From the NCBI GenBank assembly GCA_965649825.1, contig OZ287706.1, positions 1-64,000 on the forward strand: 64,000 bases of DNA, in the 5' to 3' direction. A program made the position numbers and the translations under genes. Positions 37,375-50,259 of the stretch are shown here, in pieces (position 1 is the stretch's first letter; every line of letters starts with the position of its first letter). The stretch is from Penicillus capitatus (taxonomy: Eukaryota; Plantae; Chlorophyta). Under the pieces are notes generated by a model. That model had not been told where the DNA came from, did not search any database, and worked only from the letters and a program-made list of their open reading frames with translations.

Positions 37375-40048
37375 TCATCGGTTTGTAATCTTAACTTGAT
37401 CGAGCACAGCAGTGGAGTACTTTGTCAGCTGTCGTATCACCATCGTGGCGTACGACGATGTCGGGAGCCGAAAAGACAGTCGCAATGCGAGTCGCTCTGC
37501 CTTGTCTTCCGTCTTGGTCCGTTTCTTCTCGCTCTCTTTTCCCGTTTCCATCTTCCTCTTTCCACATGCATTCGTGGTTGAGCTGTCCTCCAATGCATCT
37601 GGATCTTCTGTCTGTGCCTTCTCTCGGTGAAGAACGTCCAAATCGGAGAGAATGAGTTGCTCGTATTCGTCGTCGTATGGAACGATCTCGTGTTCGAAGT
37701 GTGTCGCTCTGCCAATCACTGTCCGATAGTCACCACTCAGTTTCTCAATGCTGAATTCCTTCACTCTATGAGAGCTCTCCGTCAAGGATACGTCATCTGC
37801 ATTGGCAATCTCATGATACATCTGCTTTATTTCGTTCTCTGGGTAGGTGATGGAACCACCTGGCAGAGGCAGGACAACATCCGATAGCGAATATCTGTTA
37901 AACAGTCCGTCGCTCCTTTGTGAGTCTTGCTGGTTGTCTGCATGGGGATGTACCTCTCGGACACAATGTCTTCTTCTGTCAGATGTCTGACGGAGATGAG
38001 GCGATTCCCTGTCGTCTTTCTCTTCTTTGCATTCGCTCCCGGTTCCTCTGCAAAGACGAGATCTCCCTCCAAGACTCTATAAGAGAGGTCACAGATGGTC
38101 ACTGGACAGAATGTTTACCTGTGCGCTCCAAAGCGAGCGATGCGTTCTGAAACTACGCGATTCCATACATAGCTTTGATAGGCATGGGCATAGAGCGTCC
38201 GAGTGTTCCGTCCGATTCTGTTGATGGAGGAGAGATGCTGTTCCTCTCCCAGTTCAACGTAGCCTTGCAACAGTGCCCGTTCGCTGTGTGCATTTCTGGG
38301 CAAGATGGCCAGAGCCTTCTACACAACAAACACTCAGTGGAGGGCAGATAATCGGAGACAAGTACTAACTGCCATGTCTCCAGCCAAGTAATGCTCTTTG
38401 GCAGCGGCCGTTTCCTCATCGTCAGATGCATTCGGCTGTAGGATCAACTGGGCAGCTCCTTTCCAATCACCCTTCAGCAGTGCACATCCCACTAGATGCG
38501 TTGGATTTCCTTGACCGAATCTTTGGAGTCCAAAGTAATTGACAAATCCATTCTGTTTAAGACTCTCACAGCAAGCACGAACCTGACAGAGAAGACAGAG
38601 GTTGAGAAATGTTGGACAAAGACACATAAACAAGTGAAGCTGTTGTCTAGTCATGCTGTCCGAAGATTAACTAAGAGAGATAGAGAGAGCGCATTGGTCG
38701 TCTTGCAGAACGCGAAGACAGACCAATGCAATGTCCAACTCCCTTCTCGTTCTTCGATTAAGTCCCATATGCCTTCCAGAAATGAAATCCCCTCAGAGAC
38801 GCACTTGCTCGGGTGTCGCATCGCGAACATCTCGCAGTATGATTTGAAACTGGTTTCCCAGAAGATCGCCAACGTATAGATTCTCATTGGAAGGAGCGAA
38901 GTTCCCCACTTGGATGTGCTTCAATCTGTCCAAAGCGTAATGCTTATGTATGCGTACATTTTGCATTGTTGTGACCTTGTGTTCAGTTTGGCCAAAGCAG
39001 TGATGTCGACATTCTGTCCGGCAACTCGCTGAGTGGTGATGCCTCGTTTATCTTTGGTCCCTGCACAGCGAATATATGCTCCAAACTGAAAAAGGCAACA
39101 GTAGAAACCTGCAATACGAAAAACGGTCGGCGGAATATGCAGCTCTCTGGCAATTACATTCAGTGCCACTTGGTTATCCGTATTCTCTTTGTACAGCACA
39201 AAATGTAGATATCGACATTCTTCCCCTTGCGCATCTATTTTGCACAGGGACACACCATCTGTTCAGGAAAAGTGTGAGAATGGAGGTTTCACTTCTGTTC
39301 CGGTGATGCTGCCGTTTCCTGTTCTTCCAGCCCATCTACATCATCACAAGTGATGATCCTGCAGACAGAAGAGAAGAGGCAAAAGGACCATTTTCTTTGC
39401 CTTTGAGAGAAGGGCAATTCGAATAAAGGTCTCCTGTGTTTCTCCCTTCTTTACAGCTTCGCTTGCTAGAGGTGGAAATCCAGTCAGATCCCGCTTGCAA
39501 AACATGTGAATCTCCTACTCATGACCACACTCATGGCCAATCATACCTGCTGCTTCATTACCGTCCGCTTTGCCTTGTCAGGGACAGGTCCCACTTCAAT
39601 GAACTCTGTATCTGTTGAAGTTTCTGCGCTAGACAGTGCTCTCAGCTTTTCTGCATTCTCTTCTCCGACCAGGAGCCCGAACTCATCGATTGCAGCTGAG
39701 ACAGGATCTTCAGACTTCGATGCACTGTCCAGCGATTGTTTTCCTTCTGATACATCGAATGCAGGAGGAAGATCCACTGACGTGAGACGAACGATGTTTT
39801 CGTCCAGATCGATCTCGTTGACGTGAAAGTCCCGCCACCTCCACGGACAGAACTGTTGTCGCTATCGTCTCAAACTCTAAGAGCAATGCGTACGTGTGTT
39901 TCATTATGGCGGTGAATCCTGGATAGTCGTCGGCGAAAGCGCTGATCCCGACATCTGCTTCACTTACGGCCATTCTGCGTGGTCGTCGACACCTCGACGA
40001 CGGAGGGCGACGCAGAAACCTGTTCGGTGTGCTAATGAGAGCAATCAT
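37375..40048 (-). CDS. PUS7: TruD/PUS7-family pseudouridine synthase
   Basis: SEADVGISAF...FTAIMKH, LHFVLYKENTD, AGTKDKRGITTQ, GFVNYFGLQRFG, LYAHAYQSYVWNRVVSER and FRLPTSSYATMVIRQL. In-frame ATGs at 40048 and 39973. Confidence 0.93.
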
Positions 40049-40583
40049 TTATGCGAAGAATGCCACTCTAAGATTTGTTGAAGTCTATACCGATTGCTCT
40101 CGGCCATCTTGTGTCGGAACTGTTCTAGACGACCGCCGGCGTCTGATCCAAATTAAGGTTCGGAAACGTAAGATGTATTGAACCTGCTCGTGCGATCATG
40201 AAGGTCTCAGATGCAAAGGATTCGAGTGGGATGTGAGAGAAAAAGCATGTATCATCATCCATGGCAGTTGTCCATCTACCTAGAAAGGCAACAGCGGTGC
40301 GTTAGTCCTGAGAGGAGACCTCGCCTGCCGGATGCACATGCTTTCTTTTGGGTCACAACAGAGAACGGAGTGCTGCGTCTCCTTACCCATCCACTACTGA
40401 GGACTTTCGCTTTGGTTAAACTGGATCAAATGTTTGAAACAGGAGATAATGCATAACGTGCTGTCGCATCAACAAGGCTCTCACAAAGAAAATGCCTGAT
40501 GCTAAGAATTAGTGACCCTTTCAAAGTTCAGAACACTAGCTAAATGGGCCGCTTGAAGATTCGAAGAGTCCACGTGCAACAAG

Positions 40584-41287
40584 TTATCTTTTTTTCGCAA
40601 GGCGCCTTAGTTTCTTCTCGACAAAGGGCAAGAGAACTCTGTCTCGTGGTTTTACGGAAAAATTGGACACAGGTTGAATGGTGTCGTAGATCACGACTCC
40701 TGGTCTGAGCTCCACTTTCTGTGCAGGAACAAAAGCGTCTGGAGCAATAAGAATCGCCCTTCCATTGCAACTCGCGCAATCATTTGCTAGTCCTAGTATC
40801 CTGGGGACCGTTCCTTTTGATGGATACGTAGCATGCGATCCGTAAGCAATGTACACGACCAAGGCTCCATCCTTATTGAATTCACATTCCTGCCACTTTT
40901 TCCACATTCCTTGTCCCGAACCGTGAGCCTTGAAGTACACCCACACCGGTTCGTGCGATTCAACATCAAACAAGACATGAATGCCCTCAACATCATGCTT
41001 GTGATAACCTAGATAGCAGTCGTTTTCAGAACATCGAGCTGTCCGTTCAGGGCGACAACACCTAGTGCTTTGGATTTCGAAGAAACGCCGAAGAGGCCAA
41101 TGGCTAGATTGTCTCTGAAATAGAACTGGTACTGTTCGCAGTAGAACTCGACACCGTTGGACGATGCGTGTGTTCCTATCGCGACGAAACACGGATGTGG
41201 TGTTGCATTTTGACGGTCGTCGTGCCACTCAGGAAAACGCGTTTCCTTTGGATGGAATCTCAGTTCGAGGCCTTTAGACAAGCTCAT
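40584..41287 (-). CDS. Tandem paralogue A, 216 aa, NLP/Vps62-like motif protein of unknown function
   Basis: ATG 41287, one phase-1 intron 41009-41061, frame closes exactly. Motifs LELRFHP, YQFYF, GYHKHDVEG, YFKAHG, SHATY and GLAND. Confidence 0.8.
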
Positions 41288-41559
41288 AATGCATGCAGTA
41301 ACGCCTTCACTTACAAGAAATCGTACAGTCCATTCCACAGCCTTACAGATAAATGATGTCACCGCACAACAAAAAGATGGGTTCAAGCATGTTAAGAAAA
41401 TGTAAGGACGCTCGTCCGTGTGAGAAAACTGGAAAGAGTGGAATTCAAGCTTCGATGACGTGTCTGTAGAATGAAAAAAGGTCTGTCTGTCATGGACCGA
41501 TCCATAACTGCGTTTCTGCCATGACAGATTGTGTTGTAAAATGATGATGCAGATGCAGA

Positions 41560-42308
41560 TTAAGCATATTGCGCTCTTCCGCGTGCAACAATTTTCCTTT
41601 GGAAAAAGGGGAAACACGTGCGCTCTCCGGCAGAGATCGAAATGTTTGCCAGCCACGGAATCTGGTCCTCCAGCTTATAGGGCTTCTTAACCGCGTTCTG
41701 TGTCGCTGAGACATGGACACAATGACTGTCCGAGATGGGTACGCGTCGACCTCTATCTGATGTTCGGTCATTAGCGAATCCAAAGATGCGACGGAAGTAG
41801 CCAGCTTTATAGTACGTCGCATGTGAATTCACAGCAAAGTAAACGATCAGCGCACCATTTGCTGTTTTCCTACATTGTTCCCACGGTTTCCATTCTCCCT
41901 GACCAAAACCGTGAGCTTTGTAGTAAACATGGCGCGGTTCTTTGGTCTTCGGATCAAAGAGGATGTAAACGCCTTCGACATCATGAGGATGATAGCCTAG
42001 GAAAACCAAGAAAACTCCTATGTCAGCAATGCGGTGCTGTGGCGGAAGAATCTCTTACCAAGGCAAGCGCAGCGCATAAGAAGATGACAATGTCCCCATA
42101 GTGCCCAGAGTCCGATGGATTCATTCTGTTCGAAGTAGAATTGATAGCCGACGCAGTCGTATTCGATGCCGTCAGAGTATCTGTGCTTTCCTATGTTGAC
42201 ATAGCAAGGGTGTTCCCAGTTGGTTTTTTCATCTCCGGGAATTCTTGTTGGATATCCCGACTCAAGCGGATGGAATCGGAGTTCCAATCCCTGTGGCAAG
42301 TGTTCCAT
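41560..42308 (-). CDS. Tandem paralogue B, 228 aa, same family
   Basis: Intron 41997-42058 at the same position. Motifs LELRFHP, YQFYF, GYHPHDVEG, YYKAHG, SHATY and GFAND. Confidence 0.8.
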
Positions 42309-43141
42309 GATGCTGGTGGATGGGAGAGAAGAAACAAGGTGCTGCGAGTATTTAACGAGACTGCCTTTGAAGAAGACGACGTAAAGTTCTCGAGTGTTTG
42401 CAAGACAATGCGGACAATCAGGGTATTTGTCGGCTTTTATACGTTCACAGCACGGAAACGACAGCTGAGCTGCGTGGAGAACAGACGCTGTCGAAAATAG
42501 ACACTGGCAGGCGAGGCACGGCAGCCCGTAGTATCATCATCAGCACGGCTGTGGTAGAGCGAAGCTCGTGTCTCGCCCATACAGTCAGATCGTTACATTT
42601 GTGGCGTGGCGGAGAACAATTCGTGCTGTCAATGACTAATATATCAAGAATGCTGCATGCAAATGAACAAGACACCTTTGCACGAAGCTATCTCGCAACA
42701 TACTGCTAAATCAGCTGCGACAAAGTAGGACAAGCAGCTTCGCTGGAATGATTGCATTTGTCGAGGCCAATCCCAGACGATGGACGATGGATGACCCCGT
42801 GAGATTTCTGCTACTTCCCTTTGCCGAGGCCTGGATTCACAATTTGAGCGTGCGAAACGCGAAAGTGAGACCGAAATCTGCTTGAGAATCACAGAAGCAC
42901 AGCTTCGGAGCTTACAACAGTGTTCAAGATGTATGTACGGAATCATGCACACAAAAGTCGTTGAAAAACGGTACAGATAGCTGGCGACAGATCGGAAGGG
43001 GGACACGAATTCCATTGTGGAGCTGCAGGTGTCGATTAATGCTCCGATAAACAGGGACAACAAGTAAAGTTTCAGTTGACGTTTGACTGGATGGTGAGAT
43101 AGAAAGGAAACGCATTCTCGTTATCTCTCTACACATACTGC

Positions 43142-43850
43142 TCATGCCCGTGCTCGAATTTCGTCTTGGACAAGCGGCAAATGCATACGCTCTCTGTCAG
43201 AAATCGATTCATTCGAGATTCTTGGAATGGTATTATAGATACGAATTCCATCACCGAAGTCCTCATTGGGAGCTGCGATGCAGTTCCTGTTCTTGATTCT
43301 CACTGCTCGACCACCATCTTCGACGCGGTCATTGGCGAGTCCAAAGATTCGGCCAACGTCACCGGAGCGAGGATACGTTGCATGGGAATTTAGCGAGAAA
43401 TAGACAACCAGGGCGCCATCTTCGGTCTTCTGACATTCATCCCAATGCATCCAGACTCCCTGACCGAGGCCATGCGCTTTGTAGTAAACATGGCGAGGCT
43501 CTTTGGTCTCTTGGTCAAAAAGGATGTAAATACCCTCGACATCGTGTCGGTGGTACCCTAGAATCCAAAGAAAACGTCATCGACGGAACAACTGTGACAA
43601 GAAGCGGGATCGTACCTAGAGCCTCTGACCATGGAAAGACACCTCCTAGTCCGATAGCTCTGTTGTACTGGAAATAGAACTGGTAGCCAAGACAGCGGTA
43701 GACGACGCCATCGGCAAATTCATGTTTTCCTTTGTTGAAGAAGCACGGATATTCCATTTTACTCTCGCGGTCCTCTGCGCGATACCACGTCGGAAAATCT
43801 TGCTCATCGGGATGGAAACGGAGTTCGAGGCCGCTGGGTAAATTCTGCAT
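43142..43850 (-). CDS. Tandem paralogue C, 216 aa, same family
   Basis: Intron 43558-43615 at the same position. Motifs LELRFHP, YQFYF, GYHRHDVEG, YYKAHG, SHATY and GLAND. Confidence 0.8.
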
Positions 43851-44228
43851 GGCGAAAAGCTAAGACGCGTGTGAATAGAATAAATGCTCTGTACGAAGGA
43901 GAATTAAAGGCACGAGAACGATTGAAAACGGACATGAATAGGGATTCACTTCTTCGTTTTTAAAGGGGAGTTGTGCCCGAAGGACGCTTCCGCGAACATG
44001 CGATGCGTCAATACTGTTATGGTCGTGTCAATGGCCGCGTATGCGGGAAGCTGCTCGAACACTGGTTTTTTTTTTTTGAATGCTTGCGTGGAAACGCGTA
44101 TGTCCAAATGGCAACACTAGAGAGCTTTCCTCACCACGTTCTGATCAAGAAAAGAATGGACAAAGGCTAAAAGGCCATGCACAGCTGGGTTGCTTTTTTG
44201 TTTAATGGGCTGTTGCATTGTGCTTCTT

Positions 44229-46697
44229 CTAGTTCCTGCTTCTCTCTGTGAGATTTGTGCCAGTGTTAAAGACATCTGTCGCCGACTTGAATTTTGCATT
44301 CCTGACCGAATTGGTTACAAGTTGCAGTGCAACATCCTTGCCTGTAACGCTGGTTGACATGTCGAAGACATGTGTCGCCGCTCCTTTGAACAGTTGTTGC
44401 CTCTTCGTTGTGGATGCAAGCAAATTCACTTCTCTTCGCCATTTTGTTTGTACAGCGATGCTAGGCTTGATGCGTCAACATTGTTATCAAGCGTTGCGGA
44501 AGGAGTGAGTGAACAGCCACTCGCAACAAGGCAGAAGATAAGTTTATTCTGGTGTATCACATGCAATTCATCAGACAACAGGAGTTTACCGTTGCAAGCA
44601 TGCAAGTGTCACATCTTTAGTGCAGAACTCTAATTTCCAAGCGGGTTGCAATTGGCAGGACGAATCCCAGACTATTTTGGTACTCAATCGCACAGCTCCT
44701 TCGTCCATCGTTCTGGTCCTGTGTCTGTCATCTCCGAAGCTTTGCCTCTAACATGTTATCACAAAGTCATGGCACCGTCGCCCGCTGCAAGTTTGCGGGT
44801 CATTGAACAAGTATGTCGATCCTTACAGATTTTCTCTCTCTCCCGAAGAGATCTCGAATTTCACTAAAATGTTGTCAGTGAGAATGTGTGAGACACGGCA
44901 ATGTAGTAGTGGAGAGTCCAGAATTCGACGTCTCCTCTCTGGATACAGAGCCAGGGTTCGTCTACCCTTTAGTCACGTTCCGACCATCTTCGATGCGAGT
45001 CCACCATCGGACAAAAGATAACAAATCGACGAAAAAGATCCTAAAGATTCAGCAACGGGATAGCGAGCTGTCTGTCTAGACTTACTGGATAGGGAGGTCC
45101 AACCGAAAGATCATGGAGTCCCACAAAGTGGATTTCGCAAAAGGAATCAGCATTTCTGCTCTGTGTTCATTTCTCGCTGACGATGTGCCTGTCCGGCACT
45201 TCTCTTTTACACGAAATCGTCTACCAAATCAAAACCGCATCGTGATTCTCAATGTCAATTGCCTTCTCTGCACGTGTCAAACATAAACCGTTTGTCTTAA
45301 CAAATAGACTGTTTAATGTATCACACTGGGTCATTACTGTACACCCATCGATCGTTGCGATGCACCAACCATGCATGCCATGATTATCCTTCATGTTCAC
45401 ACAGTACAGCCACGAGAGGTAAGTTAGTCTAGTTGTACATTCGATTAATGAATCTGGATCCAATGAGCCTATTCTTATCGAACCAGATAACTCACTCATT
45501 GTTTCGTGTATCTCACAAGAAACACGTCCTACAGTCGCTTAAACCAGCAGAACCAAGTACTCAATTCCACCATGCAGTAGTCGTCTCAAGCAAGTCTGTT
45601 TGGTACGGACATGTAAACAAGTAACATGCGCTCAGTCGATCAACTCGTCGTCCGGACCTCAGCCAACGGCTTAAATAGATATCCAGTCATGTGTCCACGT
45701 CGCCCGAATGTCTGACGGGGCACGAGGCGGTCAGTCGTTGTTCTCTTGAATGTCTCCATGTTCTTTAACGTTTTCTGTGATTCCAGTGAAAGTGCTTGCA
45801 ATGCCGTTCCGTCTGAAAAGCTACGTCGCGAAATGCCAATCAGCCTATCCTCTTCCGTGTTTCGTTTTTTGAATTTGACTGTTGGATTGAGAGCGGCTTG
45901 GAATCTCTTGGCGGCAGTAACGACATACACCACAACACTGAAACTGCGAGGCAAACGAGATGGTGCATCAGCTTGCTCTTCTCTGTTTGAAGCAGCCTCT
46001 CCGTTTTGAGAAGCAGATGTGTTGCTTCTTAACCCGAAAAGATGAAGACACATGACCGGATGCAAGGCAAGACGGACTCAGGAATTCGAATGGAACTTTC
46101 AAACCGTTCAGTGGTTGGGAGAGCGAGCTCCGCTGAATGCGTTAGACGACCTGATGACGAGATACAATCACATCACTGTAGGTTCGTAAGAGGATGCAGC
46201 TGGAAGGTCCGTCCTCTACCACGAGTCGACTTCTAAGAAGGCAAGGGGCGTAGCTGTTGCGGATGGAACGCGCGGAAGATCAAGGAAGATGATGGTATAC
46301 TTTGTCCGTCATACAGCCATGAGGTTGTCCTTTATGACTCGCTTGCATAGTGACAGTGACGTCTGTGCCTATCTCGGTTTTCAGGGGCGGAAACCTTGAG
46401 ATGTTGTTCAAAGGGTTCCTGCAAAATAAAAAGCCAAACCATGATTATATTCCGCAGCGGGAAGAAAGAGTTCAAGATGCATATCATCGAACAGAGGAAT
46501 GCTAAAGGATAGGATGTCCTGTCGTAGCGAACACCAAAAATCGATCTCGTACCAGCAGTCCTGACAACAGGCACACATGCAGCAGACCTGTCCACGTCGA
46601 ACAGGAGCTCTGTGTGTTTGAAATATATTGCGGCGTCAACGTGGCGATCGAACGGGCACAGGTAGAGCAAATGTGGCGTTCCACAACTCTTTACCAT
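44229..46697 (-). CDS. Unresolved multi-exon gene(s), possibly with a PH-like domain
   Basis: A run of minus-strand exon-like ORFs (46332-46697, 45640-46065 ending GHMTGYLFKPLAE, 45221-45499, 44229-44429) with GT/AG ends. I could not build a confident splice model. Confidence 0.3.
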
Positions 46698-46828
46698 TAT
46701 GTCCGTTGTTAGTACATAACTAACGGATCCAATCGACTATCTTCCCAATGGTTTTGTAAAGGAAAAAGGTTTATGATGCAATCAATGCATTTTACCGTTT
46801 TGACGGTATCATTTCATAATAACTAGAC

Positions 46829-48080
46829 TTAGCATTCGCAGCGATCTCCCACGGCAAGGTCGATAGAACTGCGATAGGTTTTCTCCACGACTTTGATGAC
46901 GAGACCGCCGTGTGGAATGTGAGGGTGACGAAGAGGCGTCGCCTTGCACCTAGAAGGCCAGCGACATAGAATGGTGACGTCAAGGTGAAGATCGTCCTAC
47001 CCGACACGACATGTGCATGTGCTTCTTCCAGTCCCAGATCGACAGCAGGCCTTGAACGCGCTGGGGCACTTTGGCAGTGACGGCTCGACCACCAATGACG
47101 GTGCGGGCACCTCTTCTGTGGAGCCTCCGCTCTCCGTGCCGCCCTCGACGTCGACTGAAGAACACCGAAATCAGAAACAGAGTCAATGAGCGTTCGACAG
47201 ATTTACCCTTGCCAACGATGTCGGCGAAGGTGCTTCCATCCGAATAGCTCGCCTCGAGAACGCCAGACGAAACGTCCAGAACGATCTTGGCCACGGCAAC
47301 GTCCGCCGCTACGGCAGCGTAAGCGGAAGCGAAAAGGAGGGCGTATGGTTCGACGAACGATTCTCCGAAGGAACTTGCGACGATTTTGGCATCAAAGATA
47401 CCTTCGCCGCAGGAATATGCCTCTGCCTTCGCAAATGCCTTCGCAGTGGCTGCTGCGATAGCTTCAGCAGCACCCTTGGCGCTTGCAAACGCAATCTTAT
47501 TCGACGCCCTGGCCAGCACCTAAACAAAACGGCATTCATTGCGGGCCGTCGATGGACGTGTAGAGGACGCACGTCGACGACGACGCGTGCAAAGGCGGTG
47601 GCTGTAGAGACAGCATCGGAGAAGGCACTGCCACATCCTTTTCCGTGTTTGGACGTCGACGCAAGCTTGACAATGACGTCGGCGTATGCTTCAGCAATCG
47701 CAAAGCCGTAGGCCGATGCGCACGTTTCGGCAAGCGCTATAACGTCTTCGCCTTTCTCGACGCTGAAGATGGCATCTTTCACAACATGGATGATCTTATT
47801 GGCGACTTCTGTCATTCCAACTGTCACCGCCTCAACATGAACATCGACCTTCCCAGGGCCTTCGACAAATGCAGAAGCGCAGGCGTGTGATGCAATCGTC
47901 GTTCCTTCGGTTCCGGTTAGCTTCAGTTTCGTCGAAGTCTTCGAACTGGAATTGAGCACCTCTCGCGTCTAGTAACGTGCATGTGGGCATTGAGGGGATT
48001 CGTATCTGACAAGGGAACCGTACCGCCAAAGCCTCGGCGAGGAGGAGAGCGCAGAGAACTGCTGTCCATTTAGATATCAT
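46829..48080 (-). CDS. Secreted Ala-rich protein with C-terminal Cys-rich domain
   Basis: Signal peptide MISKWTAVLCALLLAEALA; Ala-rich helical body (AEAIAAATAKAFAKAEAYSC); linker; PKCPSAFKACCRSGTGRSTCTCRVGCKA...DRCEC*. Four GT-AG introns. Confidence 0.75.
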
Positions 48081-48224
48081 TTCGAAAATACTCCAAGGTA
48101 GATAGATAAATAGGCTTCACGTGCGAATACTTTCGCAGGTATTGCTTGCAGAGGAAAAAGACCTTGATGGGGTGTTAGTTAACGCGAGTTAAAAAACAAC
48201 TGGAGAACGGAGCGCTGCGGCCGA

Positions 48225-48231
48225 ATTTATA
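48225..48231 (-). promoter_or_regulatory. Candidate TATA box (TATAAAT) upstream of the secreted Ala-rich gene
   Basis: TATAAAT on the minus strand about 145 bp upstream of ATG 48080; motif match only. Confidence 0.3.
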
Positions 48232-50082
48232 GTCATTCGCTTCGGCAACCGTTCGGACGGTCTGTTAATGTATCGCTATATACGTCTGCCCGTCGAGAGG
48301 TTGATCTGAACTTCCGAAGACGCGAGGGAATTTCTCAAGACGTGTTCGAAGAGTCTTCCGGCTGCATGTGAACGGTTTGTCCCCTCCCAGAAGCTAACAG
48401 CTAAAGATATCCAGCTATCTGTCTCCGTCTACCGTAGCGGGACGAGTTGGGTCACCGTACTGAGAAGAATCGTGACAGTTGTCGTACGTACGACGGCATG
48501 TCGAAAATCGCTTCGTCGTTCAAAGACATGCTGGTCATCGTTTACGCACGAATGCGCCTCGCGTGTCCCTCTTTTTGGGCAATGCGATTTGAAAGAGTCA
48601 GAGGAATGATCAGCAGACCTGTCAGATGTCTATCCTTTGATCCTTTTTTAGTTAAAACAGGTCAGAGGTTGTCAATTTGTGGCTGCTAGGTGGTAAAGTG
48701 TCGAGTCTCTTATCCTCTGGACTGCATAAAGGTTGCACAGTCACCACTGGCAAGAGATTCTTCGTTTCTCAAGTGATTTATCTGAAGGATGAAGTGGATA
48801 CCGTTGTTAAATGTTCTCTGTTCCATTCTGCGAGATCCTGTTGGTTTGGATCCGTGTCCGGTATGTTTTTCGGCACGGTTTGATCAAGGACTTTACTGGT
48901 TCGCGATATTTGCATGTGGAAAAAATTCTGATAACATGCATCTTTGGCAGGGAAAATTTTCACTTTTTAGACAAACGTTGTGTTCAGAGAGAGAGAGAAC
49001 AGCTATCAAACAAATGCATCATCGATTGTGAAAAGCCACTTTGTCGTTTATCCTCCAGAAACCATTTATCCACTCTCGAACCTCGCGCGATTGCATCAGG
49101 GATAGGGTTGTCGATGTTGGACTAAAAAACAAGGTTAGAGAAAAGATAGAAAGGAGTATTGAGCTTCTGCCGCTATCCGCTCTGAAGTGATGATTCTTCC
49201 GTACATGCAACATATTTTGATCGACTGCTTTGAATGAGTTTGGTTTCTAAGAGAAATCGTCTCTCTCTGGCATCAAAAGATCTACTCAACCTTTGTGGAT
49301 ACCATGCCTTTATCATATCCTTCCTGTCTCGAGACATCTCTGTAGTGCCAATTGCCGAAATTGTGTTGTTAACTCGACTCTCACGAATCCATCATTCTCT
49401 TGAAGTCTGAGACGATGTTGCAAACTGGAGAGCTTGTACAAAGCAGAGTAATATTCGTTTCCTCATTTCAACAGGAGTCCTTGTTCATGTCGAAATCGAA
49501 AACACGATCCTTCCTAGAGACACTCAGAACTGTCTGAACAGGAGATGTCTAAACGAAGACACTCTTCGCGGATTCTGTCCTCGGGTCTTTTCTGCAGAGA
49601 CGCTTGACGAAATCGCAAAACATGAGAAATACGAAATGACCTAGGACAACAACCAGAACATGTGCTCGTGAGAACACCTGTAACCTTGGAATGGAGTCTA
49701 GTTTGTCGAGCAAATTCTTGGATTCGCGATGTGCGACCAAGGTGGACGCTTGGAGAGAAATGAAAGTGTATTTTTACAACTCTGTATTCGTCGACAAAAA
49801 GAACCAAATGGCATGAAGACAAAAGTTTTTGTCCGGGTGGTGACTCCATCGTCGGCCCCCGAACTTGGCTCGACGTTGTTCTTTCCCCGCCGTAACCCAT
49901 CCAACTCGGCGCGGGCTCGCCAGACACATCCGGGTCAACTCTGATGGGACTACCCTCCTCTGTGTCCGGCGCAGTAATCGAACCCCCGCGGTCGTACTTC
50001 TCGAACTGGCCAACTGCACCATCCGCATACGGGTCGATCCCCACGGTCGTGAAGTTGCCGACCCCATCGTATGCCCACCTGT

Positions 50083-50255
50083 GACGACTTCGCCGACGAC
50101 TCTGGTGCCACTTCGCCTCTTCTCGTGCGTCCGTGACGACTTTGTTGACGACTCTGGTGACGGCTTCGCCTCCCTCCTACCGTGCATTCATGACGACTTT
50201 GTCGACGACTTGGACGTCTGGCCACTGTCTTCCTACGACGACTGCTGACGACTCT
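50083..50255. repeat. Degenerate GC-rich tandem repeat, about 4 units of 45-57 bp each starting gacgact...gacgact
   Basis: Read directly, e.g. gacgacttcgccgacgactctggtg / gacgactttgttgacgactctggtg / gacgactttgtcgacgacttgg. Confidence 0.65.
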
Positions 50256-50259
50256 GCAC

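Noticed and set aside
42400-43100. Possible fourth paralogue between copies B and C
   Set aside because: None of the family motifs (LELRFHP, HxHDVE, SHATY) is present in any frame I read.
48450-49500. Short ORFs in the long gap upstream of the Ala-rich gene
   Set aside because: All are about 100 aa or shorter with no motif; they may be exons of an unresolved gene but I cannot support a call.
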